From Spirochaetota bacterium (GTDB lineage Bacteria > Spirochaetota > UBA4802 > UBA5550): a stretch of 64,000 nt of DNA. Both the position numbers and the translations under genes were made by a program. The notes below the pieces were generated by a model. That model had not been told where the DNA came from, ran no database searches, and saw only the letters and a list, made by a program, of their open reading frames with translations. Each line of letters begins with the position of its first letter. The stretch's first letter is position 1. This document shows, in pieces, positions 48,364 to 58,909 of this stretch. The DNA lies in assembly GCA_017999915.1 (NCBI GenBank), contig JAGNKX010000001.1, positions 691,440 to 755,439 of the forward strand, in the 5' to 3' direction.

Positions 48364-49851
48364 ATGATCGTTTCGAAGACATCACAGATGGCCTCTGATT
48401 TCGATAAGGGCGAAACCATTGCGCTTTCTTTAAGCTACCATAATAAAGCGGTCATCCGCTTTATCAGCTCGGTCATCACCAAAATTCTGGCCAGGAACAA
48501 CATGGTCTTCCTCCAGGACGCGGTCATTACCATTCTCAGGGAAATAATTGTCAACGCGGTCAAGGCGAATTCGAAGCGTCTCTATTTCAGATTCCAGAAC
48601 CTTGATATGCTTGACGAAGAGGAATACCTGCAGGGGATGGAGGGCTTCAAGTCATTTATCATCGATAACCAGGGTTTCGTCGAAGACGAGCTGAAAAAGA
48701 GCGATTACAAAGTCGTCATCTACCTGAAAAAATTCGAGTCCGGCTTCAGCATCAATGTGCAGAACAACGCGCCGATCCATCCGGAGGAAATGAACAGGAT
48801 AAAAACGCGCCTGCAGAAAGCAAAGTCCTACAACGATTTTTCCGAAGTGTATTGCGACGTGTCCGACGATACGGAAGGCGAGGGTCTCGGGCTGGTCCTC
48901 ACGATCCTGTTCCTGAAAAATACGGGCATAGGGGTCAATTCGCTGCAAATATCCTCAAATGAGCGCATCACCGACACCTCCCTGGTGGTGCCGTTCCAGC
49001 TCAAGCCCGTGACCGTGATAAACAAGATCCAGCAGCAGATCCTAAACGAGGTGCGGGATCTGCCGACCTTTCCGGAGAATATCCTCGAGCTGGAAAAGCT
49101 GTGCACCAACCCTGAAGTCGATTACCGCATCATAGCCGAGAAAATATCGATCGACCCGTCCCTGTCAGTATCGGTGCTAAAGCTTTCGAATTCAGCGGCC
49201 TTCATCACAAGACGGCGCATCGAGACGATCATCGACGCCATAAGCCTGATCGGCATGAAAAATCTCAGGGCCATAATCATAGCGTCGAGCGCCCGCCGTA
49301 TTCTGGACGAGCGCTATTCCTCCTTCCGCCAGGTCTGGGATCACTGCAACAAGACGGCGTTTTACGGCCGGCAGCTTGCCATGACCCTGGGGTACGGGAA
49401 GATCGCGCAGAACATATACCTCGCCTCGCTCCTCCATGACCTGGGGAAGATCGTTCTCCTTTCAACCAGCTCGGCGCTTTCGGAATGGATGTTCACCCTC
49501 GTGCACAACCGGGGCATGAGGACCTCAACGGTCATCGAGGAAGTATCCATCGGGATCAGCCATTCGAGCATAGGGGAGCAGATCGCGAAAAAATGGAACC
49601 TGCCGGATTACCTGGTTGAGGCGATCCAGTGGCACCACGCGCCCTTGAACTGCAAGAGCGAATTTCAGGATATCGTGTACATCACCTATCTCGCTAACAA
49701 GATGTGCAGCATTGAAGAGAAGAAATACGATTATTATTTTCTCGAGGAAGACGTTCTGCAAAAATACAAGCTCGATGACGAGAAGGCCTTCAATGCCCTC
49801 CATGAGCGAATGAAGGTCATGTATAACGACCAGAACGCGCCGAAACGATGA
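48364..49851 (+). CDS. Signalling protein: N-terminal GHKL/HATPase_c-like domain fused to an HDOD domain.
   Basis: N-box-like ILREIIVNAVKAN and G-box-like DTEGEGLGLVL. C-terminal HDOD pattern (…LLHDLGKIVLL…HH…). Confidence 0.65.
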   Translation: MIVSKTSQMASDFDKGETIALSLSYHNKAVIRFISSVITKILARNNMVFLQDAVITILREIIVNAVKANSKRLYFRFQNLDMLDEEEYLQGMEGFKSFIIDNQGFVEDELKKSDYKVVIYLKKFESGFSINVQNNAPIHPEEMNRIKTRLQKAKSYNDFSEVYCDVSDDTEGEGLGLVLTILFLKNTGIGVNSLQISSNERITDTSLVVPFQLKPVTVINKIQQQILNEVRDLPTFPENILELEKLCTNPEVDYRIIAEKISIDPSLSVSVLKLSNSAAFITRRRIETIIDAISLIGMKNLRAIIIASSARRILDERYSSFRQVWDHCNKTAFYGRQLAMTLGYGKIAQNIYLASLLHDLGKIVLLSTSSALSEWMFTLVHNRGMRTSTVIEEVSIGISHSSIGEQIAKKWNLPDYLVEAIQWHHAPLNCKSEFQDIVYITYLANKMCSIEEKKYDYYFLEEDVLQKYKLDDEKAFNALHERMKVMYNDQNAPKR

Positions 49852-49937
49852 TGCCGCTCGTTATGCCCTCGGCGTCACATTCCCCCGCTGCGCCGTACTA
49901 TGGAGGCTTCGTCCCCGGGCAGTTACGGGCGCGCCGT

Positions 49938-51872
49938 TCAATGAGCGGGTGAAATCCGCCTCTGGGCAATTCTGCGATTTGCCGTTTCGATGACCCGAAG
50001 ATCGCCGGGCGACAGCCTACGGTCCGGGATCTTCCGCCGCTCTACGAAGTTCTCTTTCAAGAAAGACAGTTCCGGACTTATTGTTTCCTCATACATTGAA
50101 TCGATCACGTCATGATAATGATCGTTTATCGCGTTTCTCCGTATCTTTAACGTGGGGGTCAATTCATCGTTATCGATGGTGAACTCCGGCACTATGGTGA
50201 ATTTCTTGATTGTCTCAAAGGAGGCGAGGGATCTGTTCTTTTGCTGAATTTCACCATGGATCAGCATGATGATCCGATCATTCTTTATCAAATCATCCAT
50301 TGATCCATAGGGAATGCCGCTGCCAGCCGCATATTCCTTGATGTTTTCCTGGTCAAGGGTCACCAGGGCGGTGAGATAGTTGCGCCTGTCCCCGATCACG
50401 CAGCACTGGTTGATATATTTTGAGGTGATCATCAGTCCTTCGATGGCTGAGGGAGCGATGTTTTTTCCCCCGGACGTTATTATCAGGTCTTTCTTCCTGC
50501 CGGTTATTCTGAGGACCCCGGTGGAATCGATTTCACCGAGATCTCCGGTACGAAGCCAGCCGTCGGGGGTGATGGTCTCCATGGTCTCGGCCGGCATTTT
50601 GTAATAACCCATCATGACGTTCCTGCCCCTGACGAGGAATTCCCCGTCATCGGCTATGGACTGTTCGATACCTGCGCCGGGAGTGCCCACCCAGCCGAAT
50701 CGGAAATTGTCTACCCGGTTGACATGGGAATAGGACATGTTCTCCGTCATGCCGATACCTTCCAGGATCAGAATCCCCGCTGCATGGAAAAACCTCGCGA
50801 TGGACGGTTCCAGGGGCGCCGCGCCGCTGATGCAGAACCTGACCCGCCCGCCCAGGGCGTTTTTAAGCTTGCTGAATACGACCTTGTCTGCGATGAAATT
50901 TTTAAATGACAGCAGGGGCGGTATCGCATCGCCGGAAATTATTTTATCGCTCACCCTGTATCCTGTGGCAAAGGCCCATTTGAATATCCTGTACGCCAGG
51001 CCTCCTTTTGCCTCCGCGCCGCTGGTTACTTTCGAATACACCTTTTCATAAACCCGGGGGACACTGCAGAAAAAATGGGGCCTGGCGATTTTTATATCAT
51101 CAATGATGGTATCCATGCTGCGGCAGAACGTGGTCGCTATGCCATGATAAATGCAGGTATAGGTTATCAGGCGGGCATAGATATGGGCCAGGGGAAGGAA
51201 AAGAAAGGTTTCCTCTCCTTTCTTCAGGTCGCTGCTCATGATGACCGACTGCACGGTAAAGGTTGCGTTGTCATGGGTCAGCATGGCCCCTTTGGGCACT
51301 CCGGTGGTCCCCGACGTATACACGATGGTGGCTAGGTCGTCGGGCTGCACCGCGTCGGCCATCCTCTGGAACATCCGGTCGGGGACGCTGTCGCCAAGTT
51401 TAAGAAACGAATCATAATTGATAATAAAATCGTCGTTGTCATAGGTCCCGTTCATGAGAATGATTTTCCTTACCCGGGGAATTTCATTTCGTATTTGCAG
51501 GATCTTCTTCAACTGGGTGATGTCTTCCACAAAGACGAGAACGGCGTCGGAATGATTGATAATATAGCCGCAATCCTTTGCCAGGTTCGTATGGTAGATG
51601 CCCACGGTGCAGGCGCCGATGCTCATGATGGCCTGGTCGGTCAGGAGCCATTTGTAGCTGGTGTAGCTGATGATGTTGACCTTGTCATCCTTCTGTACTC
51701 CCAGGGCAATGAGGCTTTTCGCCGCCTGCAGCACCTGGCTGTAAAACTCACGCCAGGTGACCGACTCGGTTTGGCCGGGCGAGGGGATCCACGCAAAAGC
51801 CTTTTCATCAGGGATCGCGGCCGTGGTCTCCCGAAGTAACTCATGGATATTTTGATAGTCTCTGAATTGCAT
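49938..51872 (-). CDS. Long-chain-fatty-acid--CoA ligase (AMP-dependent synthetase).
   Basis: AMP-binding motif YTSGTTGVPKG. I place the start at 51872 (MQFRDY), preceded by GGAGGA. The ORF track extends to 51992. Confidence 0.85.
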   Translation of the reverse strand: MQFRDYQNIHELLRETTAAIPDEKAFAWIPSPGQTESVTWREFYSQVLQAAKSLIALGVQKDDKVNIISYTSYKWLLTDQAIMSIGACTVGIYHTNLAKDCGYIINHSDAVLVFVEDITQLKKILQIRNEIPRVRKIILMNGTYDNDDFIINYDSFLKLGDSVPDRMFQRMADAVQPDDLATIVYTSGTTGVPKGAMLTHDNATFTVQSVIMSSDLKKGEETFLFLPLAHIYARLITYTCIYHGIATTFCRSMDTIIDDIKIARPHFFCSVPRVYEKVYSKVTSGAEAKGGLAYRIFKWAFATGYRVSDKIISGDAIPPLLSFKNFIADKVVFSKLKNALGGRVRFCISGAAPLEPSIARFFHAAGILILEGIGMTENMSYSHVNRVDNFRFGWVGTPGAGIEQSIADDGEFLVRGRNVMMGYYKMPAETMETITPDGWLRTGDLGEIDSTGVLRITGRKKDLIITSGGKNIAPSAIEGLMITSKYINQCCVIGDRRNYLTALVTLDQENIKEYAAGSGIPYGSMDDLIKNDRIIMLIHGEIQQKNRSLASFETIKKFTIVPEFTIDNDELTPTLKIRRNAINDHYHDVIDSMYEETISPELSFLKENFVERRKIPDRRLSPGDLRVIETANRRIAQRRISPAH

Positions 51873-52100
51873 ATGATTCCTCCTTGCATGAATGTTCATA
51901 AAGAAAGAATAAACCGCACCGCGGGGACGGATGTAAAATAACTGTGGGAATGAGAATGATGTGTTTATAGTATATCGCAGGGTGAAGCTCAAATCAAAAA
52001 AAGGAACGGAAATTACCGCAAAAAATATGATGCGTTATTATTGTATAGACATTGATTGGGCAATTGTTTTCTTTTTTAAACGACGGCCCTGAGATGCAAT

Positions 52101-54440
52101 TCACCTGGACTTTTTCACTTCACCATCAAAAATCTTTGATTTTTCTTTGATGAGCAGATCCCCTTTTTTCTTCCGCACCAGGTCGAAGATGCTTGTCATT
52201 TCGTCATGATCGGAATTGCACTTTTCACGCGGCTCGGTTCCGGCGATAAAAAACTCAGATTTAACGGGACAGCCTTCAACGGGGATTTTACCGGTCTTTC
52301 CGCAGATCGCGCGAACGGTGACACCGTCAGGCTGCGCCTTGAATCGTCCCGGCTTCCTGAAGGTATAGACCTGGCGCATGAAATTGCCCCATATCGGCGC
52401 CGATACCACGGCCGCGCTCTGGCCGCTGCCGAGGGAAAATTTCTGGGAATCACAGCCCATCCATACCGCCGCGACAAGGTCCGGCGTGAACCCGACGAAC
52501 CAAGCATCTTTGAATTTTGTGGTGGTGCCTGTTTTCCCCCCGGCGGGGAGATTGAACCCGGCGGTTCCCCTGACGCCGCCGGTGGCCGTGCCGGAATCCA
52601 CGACACTCCGGAGAAGGCTTGTCATGATAAAGGCCGTCTGCTCCGAAATGAGGCGCTTTCCGGCGCCCTCTGCTTTCGAGCCGCCGTACAATTTCTTTCC
52701 CTTTTTATCCGTAATGGACCGGATCGCGCGGGGTGTTACCTCTCGGCCGCCGTTGGCATAGACCGCGAATCCCCTGGCCATTTCCAGGGGCGAAACTTCA
52801 GATGTGCCGAGTGAAATGGTCGGATCAACGGCAAAACGGCTTCGTGGTATTCCCATGAGGCGGGAAGCATAGTCTGCCACCAGCTTCGGCTCGACTTCGT
52901 CGGCAACCAGTACCGAGATGATGTTAAGGGAAGCGGCAAGGGCGTTCCGGACGAGGACCCTGCCTTTGTATGTTTTTTCATAGTTGGAGGGCTTCCAGGT
53001 CGTTCGCGTGCCCTTGAACAGGACCGGCACGTCGTAATAGGCCGTGGCGGCGGTGATGCGCTTTGATTCTATGCCCGCGCCGTAGACAAAGGCCTTGAAG
53101 GCGGACCCGGGCTGGCGGGCCGACTGCACGGCGCGGTTGAGCTGGTTGGCGGCGTTGAAATCGCTTCCTCCGACCATGGCGGTAATATCGCCGGTGGACG
53201 GGTCAAGGGACACCAGGGCCCCCTCGACCCGCGAAGAGCGCTTGAGTTCTTCCTGCTGATTGAGGTATTTCATCAGGCTGCGTTCCAATCCCTCGACGCC
53301 GAAGAGCTGGGAGCAGAGCAGCAGGTCATCAATGGACCCGATACGGAAGGTGTCAAGAAATCGCATCCTTGTTTCCGCCTCTTTCCTTGATATCTTTTTG
53401 TCTTCTATCAGCTTCCGCGTCATGAGGCGGTCCGGTGAATCGTAGCTGGAGGCGTTGCGGGAAAGGGCGACCTGATTCTGCTCTTCGATGCCCTCGACCA
53501 GCGCATCTTCAGCCGCCTTCTGGTGGCGGAGGTCAAGGGTCGTATGTACCTCAAGACCACCCCGGTAAACAAGTTTTTCCCCGAACGTATCAATGAGATA
53601 CTGCCGAATGAACTCGGTGAAGTAGGGAGCACGGTCAAAGCTGCTGCCGCGCACTCCCAGGGTGGGAAATTTTGTTTTTATCGCATCAAGATAGGATTCC
53701 CAGAAAGCGTTGAACTGGCGGGTAGCGTCGCCTTTTTCAATAGTGCCGGCGTCGATCATGGTATAAAGGACCTGCCTGCTCCGCCCAAAGGCGGCGCGGG
53801 GGTTTTTGAGGGGCGAAAAATGATTGGGGGCCGACGGTATCGACGCCAGCAGCGCCGCTTCAGGGACCGTTATGCCTTTCATCTCCTTGTCAAAAAAGAA
53901 GCGGGCAGCGGCCTGGACCCCATATACGCCATGGCCGAAATATATCTGGCTCAGATACATCTCAAGAATCCGGTCCTTGGTAAATTTTTTCTCGAACTCC
54001 CGGGCTATGAATATCTCTATGATCTTTCTATGTAACGTCTTCTCGCCCCTTGTGTAAAGCTGCTTGACCAGCTGCTGGGTTATGGTGGAGCCGCCCTGCC
54101 TGATATCGCCGCTCAGGACGTCGACGATCAGGGCCCGGACGATGCCGGGAATATCAAAACCGGAATGGAGATAAAAATTCCGGTCCTCCGCGGCGCAAAA
54201 GGCCTGTTTTACAACGAGGGGGATTGTGCCACCGGTGACGATGGTGCGGTTTTCCTCGAAGAGCTCCGATATCAGCTCGCCGTTGCAGTCGTAGATTTTC
54301 GTCGAAACGCTGGGATCGTAGGTGAGCTCCCCGGAAAGTATGGAGTAGCTGGAAGTATAGGCTGAGAGTATGTAGGCGAAGGGAAGGATGATTATCCCAA
54401 TGAGCAGTAATTTTGCCGGCAATGCCCTGGTCAGTTTCAT
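52101..54440 (-). CDS. Bifunctional class A penicillin-binding protein (GT51 transglycosylase plus transpeptidase). Its length and C-terminal extension are PBP1C-like.
   Basis: GT51 motifs EDRNFYLHSGFD and GGSTITQQLVKQ. Transpeptidase motifs SAFK, SLN and KTGT. N-terminal membrane anchor. 779 aa. Confidence 0.9.
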   Translation of the reverse strand: MKLTRALPAKLLLIGIIILPFAYILSAYTSSYSILSGELTYDPSVSTKIYDCNGELISELFEENRTIVTGGTIPLVVKQAFCAAEDRNFYLHSGFDIPGIVRALIVDVLSGDIRQGGSTITQQLVKQLYTRGEKTLHRKIIEIFIAREFEKKFTKDRILEMYLSQIYFGHGVYGVQAAARFFFDKEMKGITVPEAALLASIPSAPNHFSPLKNPRAAFGRSRQVLYTMIDAGTIEKGDATRQFNAFWESYLDAIKTKFPTLGVRGSSFDRAPYFTEFIRQYLIDTFGEKLVYRGGLEVHTTLDLRHQKAAEDALVEGIEEQNQVALSRNASSYDSPDRLMTRKLIEDKKISRKEAETRMRFLDTFRIGSIDDLLLCSQLFGVEGLERSLMKYLNQQEELKRSSRVEGALVSLDPSTGDITAMVGGSDFNAANQLNRAVQSARQPGSAFKAFVYGAGIESKRITAATAYYDVPVLFKGTRTTWKPSNYEKTYKGRVLVRNALAASLNIISVLVADEVEPKLVADYASRLMGIPRSRFAVDPTISLGTSEVSPLEMARGFAVYANGGREVTPRAIRSITDKKGKKLYGGSKAEGAGKRLISEQTAFIMTSLLRSVVDSGTATGGVRGTAGFNLPAGGKTGTTTKFKDAWFVGFTPDLVAAVWMGCDSQKFSLGSGQSAAVVSAPIWGNFMRQVYTFRKPGRFKAQPDGVTVRAICGKTGKIPVEGCPVKSEFFIAGTEPREKCNSDHDEMTSIFDLVRKKKGDLLIKEKSKIFDGEVKKSR

Positions 54441-54654
54441 ACAATGGCCGAAATAATTCTTGAAATATGGTCCGGTGAATAATTATATGTGAATGAGGCC
54501 TATTGTTCCAAGTAAAAGTAAAGTATTATTTGTCATTCCTGTCCTTCAGCGGATTGCGCTGGCTCAAGACAGGAACCCAAGATGAAGGCGGGTCCTGGCG
54601 ATCATTGGAACAAATAATACAGCCATAATTATCAAGCATACCAGGGGACCGTTA

Positions 54655-55110
54655 TTGAAAAAAATCGTATTGATAATCCCTCTTCTAGTGATGTGCTGTA
54701 CGGCCCATTCATCGGCTAAAATATCGGAAAAAGCATTGGCGCAGTATAAATCGGCATTCATGGCCTGCGTGATTGAAGATAATCCGGATTATGAAAGCAG
54801 GATACGCAAATTCATGAAGGGGATGGTGCTGGACGGCCGCGTGGGTATAGCCCTCCTGGATAAATTCGGATTGTTCCTCCACAACATGGAAAAAAAGGGC
54901 ATTGATATAACACGGATACGGTGCTACGGCAGGGATGATCTGTTCAGCCTGTTTTTTATCATGAGGGACCGCAATGACGACCAGCTCTATACCCTCTTTC
55001 TCGAGTATGAATACGGTAGAGGGGGGAGGTGCACGCTGAAGGACCTCTATTTTTCGATCGTCTTTGAGGATCGCATGAACGATATCAGGAGCTTTTTTGA
55101 AACCAGATGA
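54655..55110 (+). CDS. Hypothetical secreted protein (TTG start).
   Basis: Signal peptide. 151 aa. Overlaps the downstream gene by 4 nt. Confidence 0.45.
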   Translation: MKKIVLIIPLLVMCCTAHSSAKISEKALAQYKSAFMACVIEDNPDYESRIRKFMKGMVLDGRVGIALLDKFGLFLHNMEKKGIDITRIRCYGRDDLFSLFFIMRDRNDDQLYTLFLEYEYGRGGRCTLKDLYFSIVFEDRMNDIRSFFETR

Positions 55111-56024
55111 TATCCCTCCATGAATCAGTTTACATCATAGCGGACATTGAAGGCAGCTCCGGATGCTGGGATTACCGGTCATCTCAGTTCATGACCCCTG
55201 AATGGGCCGCAGCCTGTGTTGAAATGTCCAGGGACATGAACGCCGTTGTCACCGCCCTCTTCGACGCCGGTGTCAGGAACATATATATCAAGGATTTTCA
55301 CCGCACCGGTTACAATCTCCTGCCTGAATGTATCGATGGTCGCGCGCGCATTATCCATGGATATCGAAGGGGACCGGTGCCCGGTATTGGAGGCACCTAT
55401 GGGACGAAAGCCCTTCTCATGATCGGAATGCACGCCTCGTCGGGCAGCGGCGGGTTCCTGGCCCACACCTTCACGTCGAGGATAGCGCGCCTCGAGGTGA
55501 ACGGCAGGCTCATGTGCGAGGCGGAGTTCTTCGCGTCGTCCGTGGCCGGTCAGGGGCTCCGGCCCCTTTTTCTCTCCGGATGTCCCGTGGCATGCTGGCA
55601 GGCGCGGGAGGCCATCACCGGGATAGAGACCTGCGTCATTGACAAGTCAGGGGCCGGGGAATCCTTTGATTACAGCGGGTGGAGAAACAGACTGTCCGAT
55701 GGGGCCGTGCGGTCCCTTGGGAACGGATCGGCGGAGCCCCTCAGCATAAAGGGCCCCTTTAACGCCCTGGTGACCATGCGGGACGGCGAGGATGAGGCCC
55801 GAAGGATAGCGCGGCGATGGGGCATAGAATGCTCGGGGGACACCCTGCGCATCTCCGCTGGCACCATTGATGACCTGTACCTCTCCCTGATACGGATGTG
55901 TTATTTCACGCCGCTCATAGAAAAAATACTTCCCCTGGGGCTTGTTCTCTACAACGCCATGGGACGGGCCGGTCTGGCCTGGGCAAGGCATGGGGCGCAT
56001 CGGTTGGATCCTTTAAATAATTGA
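55107..56024 (+). CDS. Peptidase M55 / D-aminopeptidase DppA-like protein.
   Basis: N-terminal YIIADIEGSSGCWDY resembles the M55 (ISADIEG) family. Moderate support only. Confidence 0.5.
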   Translation: MISLHESVYIIADIEGSSGCWDYRSSQFMTPEWAAACVEMSRDMNAVVTALFDAGVRNIYIKDFHRTGYNLLPECIDGRARIIHGYRRGPVPGIGGTYGTKALLMIGMHASSGSGGFLAHTFTSRIARLEVNGRLMCEAEFFASSVAGQGLRPLFLSGCPVACWQAREAITGIETCVIDKSGAGESFDYSGWRNRLSDGAVRSLGNGSAEPLSIKGPFNALVTMRDGEDEARRIARRWGIECSGDTLRISAGTIDDLYLSLIRMCYFTPLIEKILPLGLVLYNAMGRAGLAWARHGAHRLDPLNN

Positions 56025-56096
56025 CATTGAGCCGGTTCTTGACATCATAGGTTTATAAATGAATGGAACAGGATACAGGATGGGCGCGTAACCTCT

Positions 56097-56729
56097 ATGA
56101 AAAAACTGGAATCGACCAGAAAAATAATCAACGGAAGCGACATCAGGATATACAAAAAGGGCTTCGGGTATTCGAAGATCACCGTTATCGACTCCACCGA
56201 TTATTACCTCGCGGCCATGGCCGACGATGACCTGTATCGCGCCATACGGGAAGGGGACCGGGTGGATTCCTACCTCTGGGTGGAGGACGTGGCGTCCTAT
56301 GAATTCGAACTGGCCTATATCGGGAAGATCACATCGGGCCCGCCGATTATTTTTTTCGGTCATACCGATGCCATCACCAGGAGCCCTGACCGCAAGTGCC
56401 TCACCGCAACGGTAAAGATACCCTTTAAGTTCTTCATGTTCGATCCCGGCGACACCAAAAAGGGGATAACGTCGGAGCATATAGTGTATCATGAGGGGAC
56501 CGTAGTTCTTCTTTCCGACCGTGAAGCGACCATCCAGACAAAAGAGAAAATCGGCGGCTCCAGGTTCCTCAAGGGACAGGTGGCGATTCAGGGCCAGGTC
56601 ATCGAACTGGTGGGAATGGTGGATGAGTTGAATGAATCGAAGGGGATTTACAATGTCCTCTTTGCCGGAATGCATGAAAAAGAGAGAAAAGCGATTCTTG
56701 AATTCATATTTGCGACCTATCGGGAGTAA
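56097..56729 (+). CDS. Hypothetical protein. Whether it is a PilZ-like fold could not be verified.
   Basis: Coding-like composition. I prefer it over the overlapping minus-strand ORF 56013..56792, which has non-protein-like His/Arg-rich composition. Confidence 0.4.
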   Translation: MKKLESTRKIINGSDIRIYKKGFGYSKITVIDSTDYYLAAMADDDLYRAIREGDRVDSYLWVEDVASYEFELAYIGKITSGPPIIFFGHTDAITRSPDRKCLTATVKIPFKFFMFDPGDTKKGITSEHIVYHEGTVVLLSDREATIQTKEKIGGSRFLKGQVAIQGQVIELVGMVDELNESKGIYNVLFAGMHEKERKAILEFIFATYRE

Positions 56730-56909
56730 ATGGCGATGGTCCCAGGCGTCACAAACCGAAGGGCAATGATTTTTGATGATTTCTAGACTCACCCCCCGAT
56801 GATCCTTCTCTGATTATTTTATCATATTTTAGCCAATTTTAATAACAAAAGTCTCGTTTTATACCGAAATTGTTAAATAGATATATCTGTTTATAGCGCC
56901 TTACAGAGG

Positions 56910-57887
56910 ATGCGTCATTTTCCCATGAAAAAAAGAAAAATAGTTCATGCCCTGATTCTGCCAGCGATGATCATGTTTTTTATCGGCCCGGCGCTTTCCG
57001 CCGTGTATGAACCAGACAAGTTCCGCGTTCACCTCAGGATGGACAAAAAAATATATTATGCCGATGAGGATGTGACGCTTCATATCCATGTGAAAAACAT
57101 ATCAGAGAAGAAGAATTATTTCGAGGTGTATGATTCGCTGGAAAATGAATCGTCCAATTATACGACCTTTCAGCCCCTTGTCTTCGACATGAAGGGCCGG
57201 GAAGCCGAGATAACCGTTCCCTACAGGATTGAGAAGAGAGACCTTGCCGATATCGTCAGGGGCCTTGAAAAGCGCATGGTGGAGCTTGCTCCGGGGGAAT
57301 CCTTCGTCCATACCGTAAACCTCAAAGACCTGTTCACCGTAAATCTCAATACAACCTACCGTGTTCAGAGCCTGTTCTATCCCGCCTTTGAGGAAAACAG
57401 TATCATTAAAAGCGACAATGAACTCTCTTTTAAGATCGTGGAACAAAAAAGGTTGAACAAGCCCAGCGAGGTTGATTCGATCGAGCGGGGCATTTCACCT
57501 AAAGAAGTAATTTTGTTGACACTGAAGGCTGAAAAAGATAGGGATTGGGACAACTGGATCAAGTTCATTAATGTTGAAAAATATATCAACGCCTTCCCGG
57601 AATTTGTACAGAAGTATATCCGGGCCAACTATGAGGAAAAGTCTCAAATAGAAAAAGATTTTATAAAATATGTCACCAGGAACAGGGACGATTACCTGAT
57701 AAATTACAGAATCGTGCGAGAGGCAGTTGAAAAGGAACGGAAAACTGCCTATGTTGATGTCATAGAGGAGCGGTTCGGAATCCGGTGGACCTACCGGTAC
57801 AAATACCGGTTCACGCTGGAGCAATACAAAAACCTGTGGCTGATAACCGATGAAGAGGCCACGGTTATGAAGGGTGCCAGAAAATGA
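56910..57887 (+). CDS. Hypothetical secreted protein, translationally coupled to fliM.
   Basis: Signal peptide. 325 aa. Its stop overlaps the fliM start (ATGA). Confidence 0.55.
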   Translation: MRHFPMKKRKIVHALILPAMIMFFIGPALSAVYEPDKFRVHLRMDKKIYYADEDVTLHIHVKNISEKKNYFEVYDSLENESSNYTTFQPLVFDMKGREAEITVPYRIEKRDLADIVRGLEKRMVELAPGESFVHTVNLKDLFTVNLNTTYRVQSLFYPAFEENSIIKSDNELSFKIVEQKRLNKPSEVDSIERGISPKEVILLTLKAEKDRDWDNWIKFINVEKYINAFPEFVQKYIRANYEEKSQIEKDFIKYVTRNRDDYLINYRIVREAVEKERKTAYVDVIEERFGIRWTYRYKYRFTLEQYKNLWLITDEEATVMKGARK

Positions 57888-58909
57888 CCGAAATCCTATC
57901 ACAAGATGAAATTGATGCCCTATTGACCGCAATTTCAACGGGCGAGGTGGACACCACTGACTATTCTGCAGCCAAGGAGCAGAAGAAGGTCAAGATATAC
58001 GATTTCCGCCGCCCGGACAAGTTCTCGAAAGACCACATCCGCACCCTCCAGATGATGCATGAAACCTTTGCCCGGTTGACCACGACGGCCCTTTCGGCCC
58101 AGCTCCGGGCCCTGGTGGGGGTTCACGTGGCCTCTGTCGACCAGCTTACCTACGAGGAATTCATACGGTCGATCCCAAACCCCACGACCCTGGCCGTCAT
58201 CAACATGGATCCCCTGAAGGGTTCGGCGGTCCTTGAGATCGACCCGTCCATCACCTTTACGATCATAGACAAGCTCTTCGGCGGCATGGGAGAAGCCACG
58301 AAGATCAGCCGGGAGCTCACCGATATCGAGCTTTCGGTCATGGAAGGCATCATTGTCCGCATCCTGGGGAATCTCCGGGAGGCATGGTCGAACGTTATCG
58401 ACCTCCGGCCGCGGCTCGGCAATATCGAGACGAACCCGCAATTCGCCCAGATCGTCCCTCCCAACGACATGGTCGTTCTCATCACCCTGGAAACCAAGGT
58501 CGGCGAGGTGGAAGGGATGACGAACCTCTGTATTCCCTACATCTCCATCGAGCCGGTGATCTCGAAGCTGTCGGCGCAGTACATGTATTCCAGCATCAGG
58601 AAGGGCGCCACGGACGAAAACCTTTCGGTCATCCAGAAACGGCTCGAAACCGTCATCCTTCCCGTGGTGGCCGAGCTCGGCGAGGTTCAGGTCGCCGTGC
58701 AGGAAGTGCTCCGCCTGAGCGTCGGCGACGTCATCAAGCTGCCGGACACCAAGGTCGGGTCCGACATGACCCTGAAGATCGGCGGCCGCAAGAAGTTCAA
58801 GTGCCGGCCCGGCGTGGTGTCAAGCCGCATGGCGATCAAGATCGGCGAGCGCATAGAGGAAGTGCCGGATGAACTGCTGATTTCGAAGAGAAGCGACGAT
58901 GATTTTTAA
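57884..58909 (+). CDS. fliM: Flagellar motor switch protein FliM.
   Basis: N-terminal CheY-P binding motif LSQDEIDALL. 341 aa. Middle domain and C-terminal FliN-like SpoA domain pattern. Confidence 0.8.
   Translation: MTEILSQDEIDALLTAISTGEVDTTDYSAAKEQKKVKIYDFRRPDKFSKDHIRTLQMMHETFARLTTTALSAQLRALVGVHVASVDQLTYEEFIRSIPNPTTLAVINMDPLKGSAVLEIDPSITFTIIDKLFGGMGEATKISRELTDIELSVMEGIIVRILGNLREAWSNVIDLRPRLGNIETNPQFAQIVPPNDMVVLITLETKVGEVEGMTNLCIPYISIEPVISKLSAQYMYSSIRKGATDENLSVIQKRLETVILPVVAELGEVQVAVQEVLRLSVGDVIKLPDTKVGSDMTLKIGGRKKFKCRPGVVSSRMAIKIGERIEEVPDELLISKRSDDDF

Noticed and set aside
56013-56792. Minus-strand 259-aa ORF overlapping the plus-strand ORF 56097..56729.
   Set aside because: The minus-strand translation is His/Arg/Gly-rich with no domain-like segments, typical of an antisense frame of a GC-rich gene. 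The plus-strand product has normal composition and a Lys-rich charged profile like its neighbours.
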